A stretch of DNA of 64,000 nt, taken from assembly GCA_964248365.1 (NCBI GenBank), contig CAXTYC010000017.1, forward strand, positions 1 through 64,000, given 5' to 3'. Positions 41,091 through 51,629 of the stretch are shown piece by piece. The notes below the pieces were generated by a model, which was not told the DNA's origin, made no database searches, and saw nothing but the letters and a program-made list of their open reading frames with translations. Source of the stretch: an uncultured Chroococcidiopsis sp. GTDB lineage: Bacteria > Cyanobacteriota > Cyanobacteriia > Cyanobacteriales > Chroococcidiopsidaceae. A program made the position numbers and the translations under genes. Every line of letters starts with the position of its first letter. Position 1 is the stretch's first letter.

Positions 41091-43031
41091 ATGCCTAATG
41101 ACAAGCGTTTCCTTCGCTCCAAACGTCTTCGCGCTTTGCTATGGTACACCGCTGATGGTAAGTGCCAAAGATGCGGTTGTGAATTGCCAGATAACTTTGA
41201 TGCTGACCATATAATTCCATATTCTATTTGCAAGCAAACCAACTTTCATGAAATGCAAGTATTATGTGAAAAATGTAATAGGGAGAAAGGCGCGATGCAA
41301 TTGAGAAAACATCAAGAAGAAATGCTACAAATTTGTGACCAAATTAAAGCTGGAGTAAGTAGCGTTAAAACTATAATTGCCAGCGTCACTCCAGCAGGTG
41401 GTAAAAGCGTATTAGCAGTAATTGCTGCTGCTCGTCTAATTCCAAAAGTAGCTGATGCCATCTGTTGGATCGCACCACGTCAATCACTTCAGAAACAAGC
41501 AGAAGAGGCTTTTGCAGATGGCAGATATAGGAATTTTCTGAAGCACCATTGTGTGATTCGAGCGGCAACAAACGAATATAATCCATGTCGAGGTTATGAA
41601 GGCTACGTTACGACTTATCAAGCATTAAATGCTGATCGAAGTACTCGTATTAACGCTCAAGAATTTGCTAGAAAGCGATATATTTTATTTTTAGACGAAG
41701 TTCATCATATTGAACTGGGTAGCCCAACCCATGAAGCTATTCAGCCACTAGTAGACCACGCAGCAATTTTGATTTTAGGCAGTGGCACTTATGAACGTGG
41801 CGACGGCAAGCGGATTGCCTTTTTGCCTTATCAAGAAGTTTCGGGCGGAGTCACTCTTAACCTTGAAAATTTCAATCAGCCTGATATTGCAGTAATTCGG
41901 TATAATCGCCGCGATGCCTTGGTGGAAAAGGCTATCATTCCCTTACATTTTCAACTTTGGGATGGTCACGCCCAATGGATAGACAAGGAAGGAGAATCTC
42001 GTACAATTGAAAGTTTAGCAGAAGCTGGCGATGACACAGAGGATGGTCTGTACACAGCTCTTAATACACAGTATGCGTTTGAGTTATTGGGAGAGTGCCT
42101 CGATCACTGGAAAGCTCACAGAGAGTTTAACAGACGAGCCAAAATGTTGGTAGTAGCAGCTAACATTTCCAGTGCGAACCGTTATCTAGAGCGGTTAAAA
42201 GATCTTGGCGTTATGGCTGCGATCGCTACCAGTGCTGACAGCAAAGACGCAAAGAAAGCAATTGAGCGTTTCAAAACTCACGGTAAAGATGCAGTAGATA
42301 TTTTGGTGACAGTAGCAATGGCATACGAGGGATTGGATGTACCCGCCGTAACTCATATTGCTTGCTTAACCCATATTAGAAGCGCTCCTTGGATCGAGCA
42401 AATGGTAACGCGAGCAGCCCGTGTAGATCGTGGTAATGGCGCTTTAGACTACGATCACCAACTCGGCTTCATTTATGCTCCAGACGATCGGCTATTTCAA
42501 GAATGCATTGCTAGCATCCAAGCAGAACAAGAACCATTTTTAAAAGAACGACAGGAAAAACTGCGTAGTGAATCAAGTAGTTCTGGTAGCGAACAAAAGG
42601 AATATTCGACATTTGCTAACGCCATCATACCTTTGCTTTCTGCCGCAACTCGTGAAAGAGCAAGTGGTATAAACGGCGAAACTCTAGACTATGAAGAAAC
42701 TCAACGCATTAGGACTGCAATGGAAAGTGCTGGATTACCTGGAATTAGCCCTATCCAGTTTAAGCGAGCGTGTGAAATTTATAATTCTTATCAACCAATC
42801 AGTGACATTCCTGCCCAGTTCCGAGATCCAACCCCTAGCGAAACTGAAGATAAACTTAGGCAATATATCGAAAACCACAACCGAAAGTATGAAATACATA
42901 ATCAGCTAAAGTACGGAACCCTTAACAAAGAAATTAAGACTCGATTTGGCAAAGGTCGTGAACACATGACCATAGAGGAATTAAAGCGCGTCTGGGCATG
43001 GGTGCAAGAAAAATATCCTATCGAGGTATGA
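41091..43031 (+). CDS. HNH endonuclease-SF2 (DEAD/DEAH-like) helicase fusion
   Basis: CQRCG...DADHIIP...LCEKCNREKG; TPAGGKS, VTTYQ, DEVHH, AYEGLDVP, QMVTRAAR; GGAGGA RBS before ATG 41091. Confidence 0.85.
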   Translation: MPNDKRFLRSKRLRALLWYTADGKCQRCGCELPDNFDADHIIPYSICKQTNFHEMQVLCEKCNREKGAMQLRKHQEEMLQICDQIKAGVSSVKTIIASVTPAGGKSVLAVIAAARLIPKVADAICWIAPRQSLQKQAEEAFADGRYRNFLKHHCVIRAATNEYNPCRGYEGYVTTYQALNADRSTRINAQEFARKRYILFLDEVHHIELGSPTHEAIQPLVDHAAILILGSGTYERGDGKRIAFLPYQEVSGGVTLNLENFNQPDIAVIRYNRRDALVEKAIIPLHFQLWDGHAQWIDKEGESRTIESLAEAGDDTEDGLYTALNTQYAFELLGECLDHWKAHREFNRRAKMLVVAANISSANRYLERLKDLGVMAAIATSADSKDAKKAIERFKTHGKDAVDILVTVAMAYEGLDVPAVTHIACLTHIRSAPWIEQMVTRAARVDRGNGALDYDHQLGFIYAPDDRLFQECIASIQAEQEPFLKERQEKLRSESSSSGSEQKEYSTFANAIIPLLSAATRERASGINGETLDYEETQRIRTAMESAGLPGISPIQFKRACEIYNSYQPISDIPAQFRDPTPSETEDKLRQYIENHNRKYEIHNQLKYGTLNKEIKTRFGKGREHMTIEELKRVWAWVQEKYPIEV

Positions 43032-43052
43032 CTATAAATCAGACTCAATTAT

Positions 43053-43066
43053 AGTACAATAGTACT
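43053..43066. promoter_or_regulatory. Cyanobacterial LexA box
   Basis: AGTACAATAGTACT matches RGTACNNNDGTWCB; 22 bp after the helicase stop and upstream of the next gene. Confidence 0.6.
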
Positions 43067-43134
43067 AAATAGTTAATTCCTGACCAATATGGCTGCTGAT
43101 ACAGGGACTTGGCTGATGTAGTTAGCCTAGAAGT

Positions 43135-43905
43135 GTGATGATTTGTAGAACACTTGTGAAATCAAACATTGCCAAGGTAAGAACAGTAACGGTTGGTGAA
43201 GCAGGGGATCTCGCAGCTCCTCCAGGTTCTCAACCTTGGGCGATCGCTGTGCGACTGCAAATTCAATCTCTCCTCAAGGACAATGCTAGCAGCGTCAAAC
43301 ATCTGCAAACCTGGCTCAAAGGCATGGAGGAATATGCTGGATATCGCCAGTTAACCGATGAAAACGGTAAATTGTTTAGCTCATATGCTGCATTTTGTCA
43401 AGCTAAACCACCTTGGGGGCTTGGCTATCCTCCAGAGGTAATTGACCAGATTCTTAAGGAACTGGAGTTATTTCAAGCAGAGCAGAGTGATGAAGAAGAC
43501 AAGCAACTTAAGACTTGGGGAAATTTAGAGGGGTATTTACAGAGGTTTTCTAAGCTGGTTCAAAATTGTCCTGATAATCAGCCTATTAATGCAAGCAAAA
43601 TTAAGCAAGTATTAAATATTGGGCGCAGCAAAGCAGACCTTTGGCGAAAACGGTGGGTGGATTTGGGATGGATGGAAAAATCTGCAAATGGAGAGCGTGG
43701 CTATTACCAAATTACCGAGGAGGGGCGGAAAGTTGTAAAAGAATGGTTAGAAAAAGCGCCATCTGGTAGTACAAATGGCGAATTATGGCTAACCATTCCT
43801 CGTTGTAATTCTAAAAAGGCAGCACAGAAGCTGATTGAATCTTTAGAAGTTGACCAACTCCAAGAACTTTACAACCTAATTGGAGAATCACTCAATCAGC
43901 AGTAA
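43135..43905 (+). CDS. Uncharacterised protein with a possible C-terminal winged-helix segment
   Basis: 256 aa ORF; KIKQVLNIGRSKADLWRKRWVDLGWME...YYQITEEG resembles a wHTH; start codon uncertain. Confidence 0.65.
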   Translation: MMICRTLVKSNIAKVRTVTVGEAGDLAAPPGSQPWAIAVRLQIQSLLKDNASSVKHLQTWLKGMEEYAGYRQLTDENGKLFSSYAAFCQAKPPWGLGYPPEVIDQILKELELFQAEQSDEEDKQLKTWGNLEGYLQRFSKLVQNCPDNQPINASKIKQVLNIGRSKADLWRKRWVDLGWMEKSANGERGYYQITEEGRKVVKEWLEKAPSGSTNGELWLTIPRCNSKKAAQKLIESLEVDQLQELYNLIGESLNQQ

Positions 43906-43993
43906 CAGCAGTACTACAAAAGTAGCATCTAACCACCTGTTCAATCTTTGCGTTTCCCTGGGGTTTAAACCCCAGGCTTGCGTCGAGTGCGGT

Positions 43994-45490
43994 TCAAAAA
44001 TTCAACAACTGGGCTGTCTGCTCAGGTTTTACCAAAGTATTCGCACACAAAATACCCGACGCAGCCACAGCCGGAACCCCAATTCCTGGCATGGTGCTAT
44101 CTCCGACACGGTACAAACCAGGAATGGGAGTGTGTGAACTCGGAAACATCCCCTTACCTGCTGCAATAGCTGGACCATAAGTGCCTTGATAACGTCGCAG
44201 ATAGTAAGCATGAGTCAGCGGTGTGCCAATTAATTCCAACACGACACGCTGACGAATATCTGGAATAATGCGTTCTAAGGCACGGTATAGGGATTGCGAT
44301 CGCTCCTGTTTCTTCTGCTGATAACCCTCATCTCGTTGCCAATTGCTGTATGGTTCTAATGTATAGGCGTGAACAACATGATGACCAGGCGGTGAGAGAG
44401 TGCGATCCCAGACGGAAGGAATGGAAATCATACAGGTATTACCTGGTTCTGTAATATCCTTTTGGGCATCATGCACCACCACGTGATGTCCTGTCAAATT
44501 TTCTAAATTCTCTGCTTTTATGCCCAAATGTAGATGCATAAAACTATCAATAGCTGGTGTGGCAACAGCCTGTTGATATAATGTTGGTACTTCCGCTAGC
44601 AAATTGTTATAGGTATCCCAAATTGTGGCATTAGAAATCACAATTGGAGCTTTGAGGATTTCACCCTGACGTAACTTTACACCCGCCACCTTGCCAGATT
44701 CCAGTAAAATTTGGTCTACATGAGTGGACAATCTTAGCTCACCACCCCAACGTTGTAAACCGCGCACTAGAGCATCAACAATTGCCCCGCTTCCTCCGAT
44801 TGGGTATTCAACTCCAACATGAGAGCGTTCGCCCAACACAAAAGCAACCTCTGGGGCGATCGTACCGTGAGCTTTTAGACCTGAAAGTAAAAAGCATTCT
44901 AGATCAATCAGTCGTCGCACCCAAGGATCGCGTACTTCCCGATCCATGACTTGTCCTACTGAACCTTGGATCGTACCCAGATGAGGCAGCATTTTCACCA
45001 GCGATGGTAAATAGCTTTTGAGTAAAACCGGAATTAGTTGCCAATCTGCTCTCAAAGCTAGTGTAGGAATTCCTTGTAAAGCATCGTATAGCGGTAACAA
45101 TCGTTTGATAAATCGCTCCAGTTCGCTAGCACCTAAAGGAGTAATTTGACTGACTGCTTCTAGATAACGCTCTTGCTGACTATAAACAGGAAAAGTGCCT
45201 TCTGGAAAGTGATAATGTCCCATTGGGTCATAAGGTACAGCTGGGAGTACTTCTCCTAGTACCTCAAGCACTTGTCGCAGGGGATTGCGACTGCTGGGGT
45301 CAATCAAACCACTGTAAAAAGAGGGACCAGAATCAAATATAAATCCTCGCCGTGAGAAACTATGCGCCGCACCCCCAGCGATCGCATGGCTTTCACAAAC
45401 AATCACTCGTTTGCCATAACGAGACAACAAAGCAGCAGCGGTTAAACCACCGATTCCGCTACCAATTACAATAACGTCACTATCATACAT
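43994..45490 (-). CDS. Phytoene dehydrogenase/carotenoid isomerase family FAD oxidoreductase
   Basis: IGSGIGGL, FDSGPS, GTPLTH...GTYGP, VGDSTMPGIGVPAVAASG. Confidence 0.85.
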   Translation of the reverse strand: MYDSDVIVIGSGIGGLTAAALLSRYGKRVIVCESHAIAGGAAHSFSRRGFIFDSGPSFYSGLIDPSSRNPLRQVLEVLGEVLPAVPYDPMGHYHFPEGTFPVYSQQERYLEAVSQITPLGASELERFIKRLLPLYDALQGIPTLALRADWQLIPVLLKSYLPSLVKMLPHLGTIQGSVGQVMDREVRDPWVRRLIDLECFLLSGLKAHGTIAPEVAFVLGERSHVGVEYPIGGSGAIVDALVRGLQRWGGELRLSTHVDQILLESGKVAGVKLRQGEILKAPIVISNATIWDTYNNLLAEVPTLYQQAVATPAIDSFMHLHLGIKAENLENLTGHHVVVHDAQKDITEPGNTCMISIPSVWDRTLSPPGHHVVHAYTLEPYSNWQRDEGYQQKKQERSQSLYRALERIIPDIRQRVVLELIGTPLTHAYYLRRYQGTYGPAIAAGKGMFPSSHTPIPGLYRVGDSTMPGIGVPAVAASGILCANTLVKPEQTAQLLNF

Positions 45491-45714
45491 CGTTCATCCG
45501 CCCAAGCGTACCACTTAGTTGTATCCTTGTAACAAATAAAATTAAACTACTTCATTATCTTTGCGCTAAGGCGAGGCGTGACATAAATCTAACGGACCGA
45601 ATAAACTAATATGTCAAAAAAGCGCCCCACTCATAGCGCCCCTTACTAGCACTTAACAGTCTAGACTGTGGGAGGAAAGACAAAAACCCGCCTCTACAAA
45701 CTTACAACTTGCTG

Positions 45715-46497
45715 ATGGCTGAGCCGTTGATCGAACTAAAAAGCGTTAGTAAATCCTTTGGTAGCAATGTAGTTTTGGATCAAGTCGATCTAACAATCTA
45801 TAAAGGAGAAGCGCTGGCTATTATTGGTCCTTCTGGTACTGGAAAATCAACTATCCTACGGTTGATTGCTGGATTAATAGCTCCAGATAGTGGAGAAATT
45901 TATGTACAAGGACAACTACGACAGGGATTAATTGAAGATGCTCCAGATCCGATTGGTATTGGAATGGTGTTTCAACAGGCAGCTTTATTTGACTCGTTAA
46001 CCGTACAAGAAAATATCGGCTTTTCCTTGTACCAACACTCGAATCTAGAGCGATCGCGCATTCGGGATCTAGTAAATCATCGATTAGAAATGGTAGGCTT
46101 GCCTGGAATTGGCGATCGCTATCCATCTGAGTTATCTGGAGGAATGCGTAAGCGAGTCAGTTTTGCCAGAGCAGTTATGTATAATCCAGACGATCCCAAA
46201 GACAGGTCAGAAGTTTTACTGTACGATGAACCCACCGCAGGACTCGATCCAATTGCTTCGACTGTAATTGAAGATTTGATCCGGCGACTGCAATGTACAG
46301 AAGGGATTTGTAATACCTACGTCATTGTCACCCACCAGGATAGTACAATCCGTCGCACTGCCGATCGCGTTCTCTTTCTTTACCAAGGTAAATTTCAGTG
46401 GGGAGGAACTATAGATAAAATTGATACCACAGACAATCCCTTAGTGAGACAATTTTTTAGTGGCAATGTAGAAGGACCGATCCATGTGGCTGGCTAA
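45715..46497 (+). CDS. mlaF: MlaF/TGD3-like ABC ATPase
   Basis: GPSGTGKS, LSGGMRKRV, YDEPTAGLDP; upstream of the MlaD gene. Confidence 0.85.
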   Translation: MAEPLIELKSVSKSFGSNVVLDQVDLTIYKGEALAIIGPSGTGKSTILRLIAGLIAPDSGEIYVQGQLRQGLIEDAPDPIGIGMVFQQAALFDSLTVQENIGFSLYQHSNLERSRIRDLVNHRLEMVGLPGIGDRYPSELSGGMRKRVSFARAVMYNPDDPKDRSEVLLYDEPTAGLDPIASTVIEDLIRRLQCTEGICNTYVIVTHQDSTIRRTADRVLFLYQGKFQWGGTIDKIDTTDNPLVRQFFSGNVEGPIHVAG

Positions 46498-46583
46498 ATT
46501 AGAGGAACTAGGGGCTAGTGTGTAGAGACGAGCGCACAGGGTTCGTCGCTGCAAAAGAGGAACAGATGTAGGAGGAGAAAAAG

Positions 46584-48164
46584 ATGCGAACACGCGCAGT
46601 TCGAGAAGGCTCCGTTGGTTTATTGTTCTTGCTAGGACTGGGGCTATTTGTGGGTTTATTTCTGTGGTTGCGTGGCTTAAGCGTTGGTGAGCGTAGCTAT
46701 AAAGCAGTAATTAATTTTCCAATAGTAAACGGACTGCAAGAAGGCGGAACAGTGCGGTTTCGTGGTGTAAATGTAGGCAAGATTTCAACGATCAGACCGA
46801 AACCAAATGGCGTGGAAGTTGATGCTGAAATTAGTCCAGCTAACTTAATCATCCCGCGTGATGTGATAGTTGAAGCCAACCAGTCTGGTCTCATCAGCGA
46901 AGTCAATGTCGATATTACTCCACAACGGGAGCTACCAAGGGGGGAAGTTACAGCTTTACCACTCGATCCAAATTGCGATCGCACCTTGATCATTTGCAAT
47001 GGTTCCCAGCTACAAGGACAAATTGGCATTAGCACTGATGAACTTATTCGTAACTCGACTCGCTTTTTGCAAGTTTACAGTAACCAAGAACTATTCAACA
47101 ACGTCAATGCAGCGGCAAGAAACGCATCCATCGCCGCAAATTCCGTCTCTCAACTCACCCGCGAACTTTCCGTTTTCACAAGAGCTACAGGTCAACAACT
47201 GGGCAGCTTTGCTGCTACAACGAATTCAGTGCAAAGGGCAGCAAATCAAATCAGTGCCTCGACTACTAAAACAGCATCTTCCCTTGATGCAACTGCTGCT
47301 CAATTCAAGTTGACAGCCGTTCAAGCCAATCGTCTGATCGCTAACCTCGACAGTTTGCTAACTACAAACCGTTCCTCGCTGGTGACTGCTTTGAACAACC
47401 TCGCCCAAACCAGCCAGCAACTACGCACTACAGTTAACAACCTCACCCCTACACTTAACCGCGTTAATCAAGGACAACTGATCCAGAATTTAGAAACCCT
47501 AACAGCAAATGCTGCTCAAGCGTCGGCTAATTTGCGTGATGTTTCTAATGCTCTGAATAATCCTACCAACCTGCTGACATTGCAACAAACTCTAGACTCT
47601 GCCAGAGTGACATTTGGGAACGCGCAGAAAATCACATCTGACTTGGATGAGTTGACAGGAGATCCTGCCTTCCGCAACAATGTTCGTGACCTGATCAATG
47701 GTTTAAGTAGTTTAGTCTCGTCCACCCAGCAGATACAACAGCAAGTCCAAGTGGCTCAAACTCTAGACTCTGTAACATCTGTAGTGAACAATCCACAGGC
47801 TGATACTTTGAAGTTAGGCTCTAATGTAGCAATTTCTAAAATTCCCACTGTGGATAGGAAATTTGCTTCTAGGGAAACCCAGCAGTCGAACTATACTGCC
47901 AGTAGCAAGAAAGGGGAATTTCTAGCTAAAAAAACACAACCACAGTGGCTGCTCGATCTGAAGGCAAGTAGGAAGGGAAATTCCCAATTCGCAATAGACC
48001 CTGGCGCTACACTGCGTGAACGCAATTCAGAATTAAAAACGCACTTACCAATTACCAACTACCAACTACCAACTACCAACTACCAACTACCACTTACCGA
48101 TTACCAACTACCAATTAGTTTATTTGATAATTCGGTTAATTACTCTGGCGCAGCAAAGCGATAA
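46584..48164 (+). CDS. mlaD: MlaD/MCE family protein (Ycf22-like) with a repeat-derived C-terminal tail
   Basis: REGSVGL transmembrane anchor, GGTVRFRGVNVG MCE motif, long helical region. Confidence 0.85.
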   Translation: MRTRAVREGSVGLLFLLGLGLFVGLFLWLRGLSVGERSYKAVINFPIVNGLQEGGTVRFRGVNVGKISTIRPKPNGVEVDAEISPANLIIPRDVIVEANQSGLISEVNVDITPQRELPRGEVTALPLDPNCDRTLIICNGSQLQGQIGISTDELIRNSTRFLQVYSNQELFNNVNAAARNASIAANSVSQLTRELSVFTRATGQQLGSFAATTNSVQRAANQISASTTKTASSLDATAAQFKLTAVQANRLIANLDSLLTTNRSSLVTALNNLAQTSQQLRTTVNNLTPTLNRVNQGQLIQNLETLTANAAQASANLRDVSNALNNPTNLLTLQQTLDSARVTFGNAQKITSDLDELTGDPAFRNNVRDLINGLSSLVSSTQQIQQQVQVAQTLDSVTSVVNNPQADTLKLGSNVAISKIPTVDRKFASRETQQSNYTASSKKGEFLAKKTQPQWLLDLKASRKGNSQFAIDPGATLRERNSELKTHLPITNYQLPTTNYQLPLTDYQLPISLFDNSVNYSGAAKR

Positions 48165-48552
48165 TTTGCTCATTAGCCTTGGGGAAGGTAAAACAGTCAA
48201 GTTCATCAAGTGTTACCCACCGAATTTCGTCGCATTCAAGTAGTTGAGGAACTCCCCCAATATGGCGGCAGTGATGTACTGTGAGGGTAACACGCAAGTG
48301 GGTGTAGTCATGTTCAATAGTAATCAAATGCTTGCCCACTTCAATGGAGATTCCCAATTCCTCCCTAATTTCTCGTTCAATACACTCTTCAACAGTTTCA
48401 CCTGGTTCTATTTTCCCGCCTGGGAATTCCCATAAGCCGCCCATCATGCCCCCTGGACGACGGCGATCAATTAAAATCTGGTGATGATTGTTCCAAATTA
48501 CACCTACGCCAATAATTTTGTGTGGAGGGGAAGTAGGTAAGCTGTTGTGCAT
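48136..48552 (-). CDS. mutT: 8-oxo-dGTP diphosphatase
   Basis: WEFPGGKIEPGE...REIREELG Nudix box, FPKAN. Confidence 0.88.
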   Translation of the reverse strand: MHNSLPTSPPHKIIGVGVIWNNHHQILIDRRRPGGMMGGLWEFPGGKIEPGETVEECIEREIREELGISIEVGKHLITIEHDYTHLRVTLTVHHCRHIGGVPQLLECDEIRWVTLDELDCFTFPKANEQIIALLRQSN

Positions 48553-48601
48553 TTAAGTTGCATCGTATTGAACCGCAGGGGGCGCAGGGGGAGTATTTAT
48601 T

Positions 48602-48946
48602 CTATTGTTGCTCAGAGTTGTATACTTGAGTTGATTGCAGTGTTCTTTCAAACACCATGCGCTGTTCAGCGTTACGTAAGAAGTAGCCACTAATCATTGC
48701 TGAAGCAAGCAGTCTACCAAGATTTTCCCGGCTGGTGCTGATAGTCACGTCAAAATGTTCTGAAGGCAAATTACCCAATATGCCTACGATATTGCGCTCT
48801 ATTACCTGAAAAACTTCTGCTGAGCTAGGTTTGGATAGCTGATTGATTGTTTCTGGACTCAGGGACTGGACATATTGCCATAACGAGTCATCAGTGTGCG
48901 ACTCACCATTAAAGAATTCTGAGATTTGATTTGAAGAGTTGTTCAC
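48602..48946 (-). CDS. DUF760 family protein
   Basis: LWQYVQSL, LLASAMISGYFLRNAEQR. Confidence 0.85.
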   Translation of the reverse strand: MNNSSNQISEFFNGESHTDDSLWQYVQSLSPETINQLSKPSSAEVFQVIERNIVGILGNLPSEHFDVTISTSRENLGRLLASAMISGYFLRNAEQRMVFERTLQSTQVYNSEQQ

Positions 48947-49564
48947 GTTATTCCTCGACTAGGGATGTATCTACCAGTTTCTGATTTAATTTTTTAATTT
49001 AGCAAGTAGCTTTGGTACTTTTTCCAATAGGGCTGGCTGTTAGTGCCTTTATGCAACTTAATGTAACAACTTAATTTCCCCTCTGGCAGTTGGTGAAACC
49101 GAACTCTTTTTGGGGGATGATCTCACCTTTGGGAGGGGTGAGGAGTGGGGAGTGAGGGAAAACGCTTAATGATGAATGCAATTGCATTACCTCTGGATTA
49201 CTTCAGTCAGAGTCATACTTTTGATTTGCTTTACTATAATTATTCTATTTTTGTCAATATTTTGTTATACTTATTAATAGAACTTTGTACGAGGGCATCC
49301 ATGCGCTACACCGATAAAGAAGGGAATACCCTCAACATCAATGAATACATGACTGCCGAGAGCTTCTTTATTGAGGCTGATATATATACCTGCGAACCAC
49401 TGGAGATGCATTTTAATGCAAAAGGAGAGCTAAGAGCAGGAAAGAGACCAAACAAAGCAGTAGCTATCTCTTTATAGTCATGTCTAGGTATTGAGCTTGA
49501 TATCAAGATCTCTACCTAGCATTTACCCTTTAGTTTTCGCTCCATTTTTGCACAGGAACCAGTT

Positions 49565-49762
49565 ATGTATCAGCCCATCGAATTATCTTTAGAGCAAGAA
49601 TTTAGTCTTAGAAGCTTTGCTAACCAAGTACAGCGTATGTCCCGTGAACAAGCTCAGGAGTTTTTGATCGTGCTGCACGAGCAAATGCTTCTTAAGGATA
49701 ATATGTATAAGTCTTTTCTCAAGCACAAGTGGGAACTAGATTCAGATTCAATGTTTGTGTAA
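49565..49762 (+). CDS. nblA: Phycobilisome degradation protein NblA
   Basis: LSLEQEFSLRSFANQVQRMSREQAQEFL. Confidence 0.93.
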   Translation: MYQPIELSLEQEFSLRSFANQVQRMSREQAQEFLIVLHEQMLLKDNMYKSFLKHKWELDSDSMFV

Positions 49763-50039
49763 AGGGCGATCGCTAGACTAATGACTCGATAACAGAGGCG
49801 TTGTTAAATCAGGGGTAGTGTGACGGAAGCTATTACACTACCCCCAACCAACGCAAGTACTGGACTTGTTGGCTCAAAAGTGCGGCGTAAATCATCAGGG
49901 CAGAAGGATGCTATTTATCAATAAGCGCCTGATCAAACTCACAAGGCATTTACAGCGGAAGTTTTCGGGGGGAATAATTCCGCCCCAAACACTTCCATAT
50001 TGAACCTACATCGCCCCAGGGTCCCCAGTCTTAGTACCC

Positions 50040-50996
50040 TTAGCTAGCCAAGTATTGATCTAAGTCAGCTTTGCGCTTGCGAAGTTTGGTTAAGGCTTCG
50101 CGCTCAATTTGGCGTACTCGTTCCCGACTAATATTGAGGCGATCACCTATTTTTGCCAGAGTCATGGCTTGTCCATCGGCTAATCCAAACCGTAGAGACA
50201 AGACTTCCCGTTGCTGGGGAGTCAAATCTGCCATCAGCTTTTCTATATCTGTAGATAAACACGACTCGGTAACAAAATCTTCTGGGGAAGCTCCTGTATC
50301 TTCTAATAGTTCTCCCAATTCGGTATCCTGATTATCCCCCACTCGTAAATCTAGCGACAGTGGCAGCCTTGCTTTTTCTAGGTACTCTCGTACCTGTCTG
50401 GGGGTTAATTCTAGTTCTACTGCTAACTCGGATATTGTCGGGGCGCGTCCCAGTTGCTGAGATAGACTGCGCTGTGCTTTTTTAATTTTGTTTAGCTTCT
50501 CTGTAATATGGATCGGTAAGCGAATTGTGCGCCCTTTTTCCGCGATCGCCCGTGTTATAGCTTGCCGTATCCACCAATACGCATAAGTTGAAAACCGATA
50601 ACCCTTGGTTGGGTCAAACTTTTCTACCCCCCGCTGCATTCCGATTGTACCTTCCTGAATCAAATCCAGTAAGTCTACGTTGCGCTTAATATACTTTTTG
50701 GCAACGGAAACTACCAATCTCAGGTTTGCTTCTACCATCTTGCGCTTGGCAATTTCACCCTGATCGATCGCTCTTTTCAACTCGATCCGATCTACCTGTG
50801 AAGCGAGGCTCCACTCATCTAAAGTCGGTTCACGACCCAACTGCTCGGTTAGAGATTCTCTTACCATATACAAGGCGGTTGATCGCTGCACCTGTTTGCC
50901 ATACACTATTTCCTGCTCGTGAGTTAGTAACGGTACACGACCGATCTCACGCAAATATGTGCGTACAAGGTCAGTTGTTGTCTGAGCGGTCTTCAT
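50040..50996 (-). CDS. sigD: Group 2 RNA polymerase sigma factor (SigD-like)
   Basis: [46 protein letters not shown]; no region 1.1. Confidence 0.8.
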   Translation of the reverse strand: MKTAQTTTDLVRTYLREIGRVPLLTHEQEIVYGKQVQRSTALYMVRESLTEQLGREPTLDEWSLASQVDRIELKRAIDQGEIAKRKMVEANLRLVVSVAKKYIKRNVDLLDLIQEGTIGMQRGVEKFDPTKGYRFSTYAYWWIRQAITRAIAEKGRTIRLPIHITEKLNKIKKAQRSLSQQLGRAPTISELAVELELTPRQVREYLEKARLPLSLDLRVGDNQDTELGELLEDTGASPEDFVTESCLSTDIEKLMADLTPQQREVLSLRFGLADGQAMTLAKIGDRLNISRERVRQIEREALTKLRKRKADLDQYLAS

Positions 50997-51629
50997 GGCG
51001 CTGGGTTCTTGTTTTGTAATAAGCAGCTGTTCGGGAATAAAAAGATTAACACTTTTGTACCTGCAACGCCTTCATAAATCCAGAAAATATTATCTTTGCG
51101 AAAGATGTGGGAATTGAAGATATGTTACAAAAATGCTAATCAAACAATATGACGGATGTTGCACAAACTCAAGCTGAAAAAGCTAATAATACAGATAAGG
51201 CAATTAGTGTATGCTTTTCTCTGTCATTAGGTTACTGAATTCATTTTTCATATTATTAACTATTGTAACATTTCTGAGAGGAGATTGCTACCTCCTACAC
51301 GTAAATGCTAAAAATACAAAGGATATTTAGCCTTTGAAGGCGTGGGCGATCGCTTTACTGACAATTGATTTTGTCTAAATAGGCTAGCACATACGAGCGT
51401 AACTGCTTAGCACAAACTAATCAGTAGTCTGCCTGACAAATGCATCTAAAAGACAGAAGACAGTAAATTTTTTAATATGCATGCACCTTAAATAATTATT
51501 GAATTTTTTCTGCAATTTTTTGTTAAATTTTCCTTAAAGTTTTTGTGAGATATGTCAGGTAGGCAATGGTGGGCTACTAGCTTAAAGTTTTTGATCTAAA
51601 GGTAAGGTGGGCATTGCCCACCCTACTGT

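Noticed and set aside
49145..49477. Small ORF upstream of nblA
   Set aside because: No recognisable family and an AT-rich, promoter-like 5' part; cannot be supported
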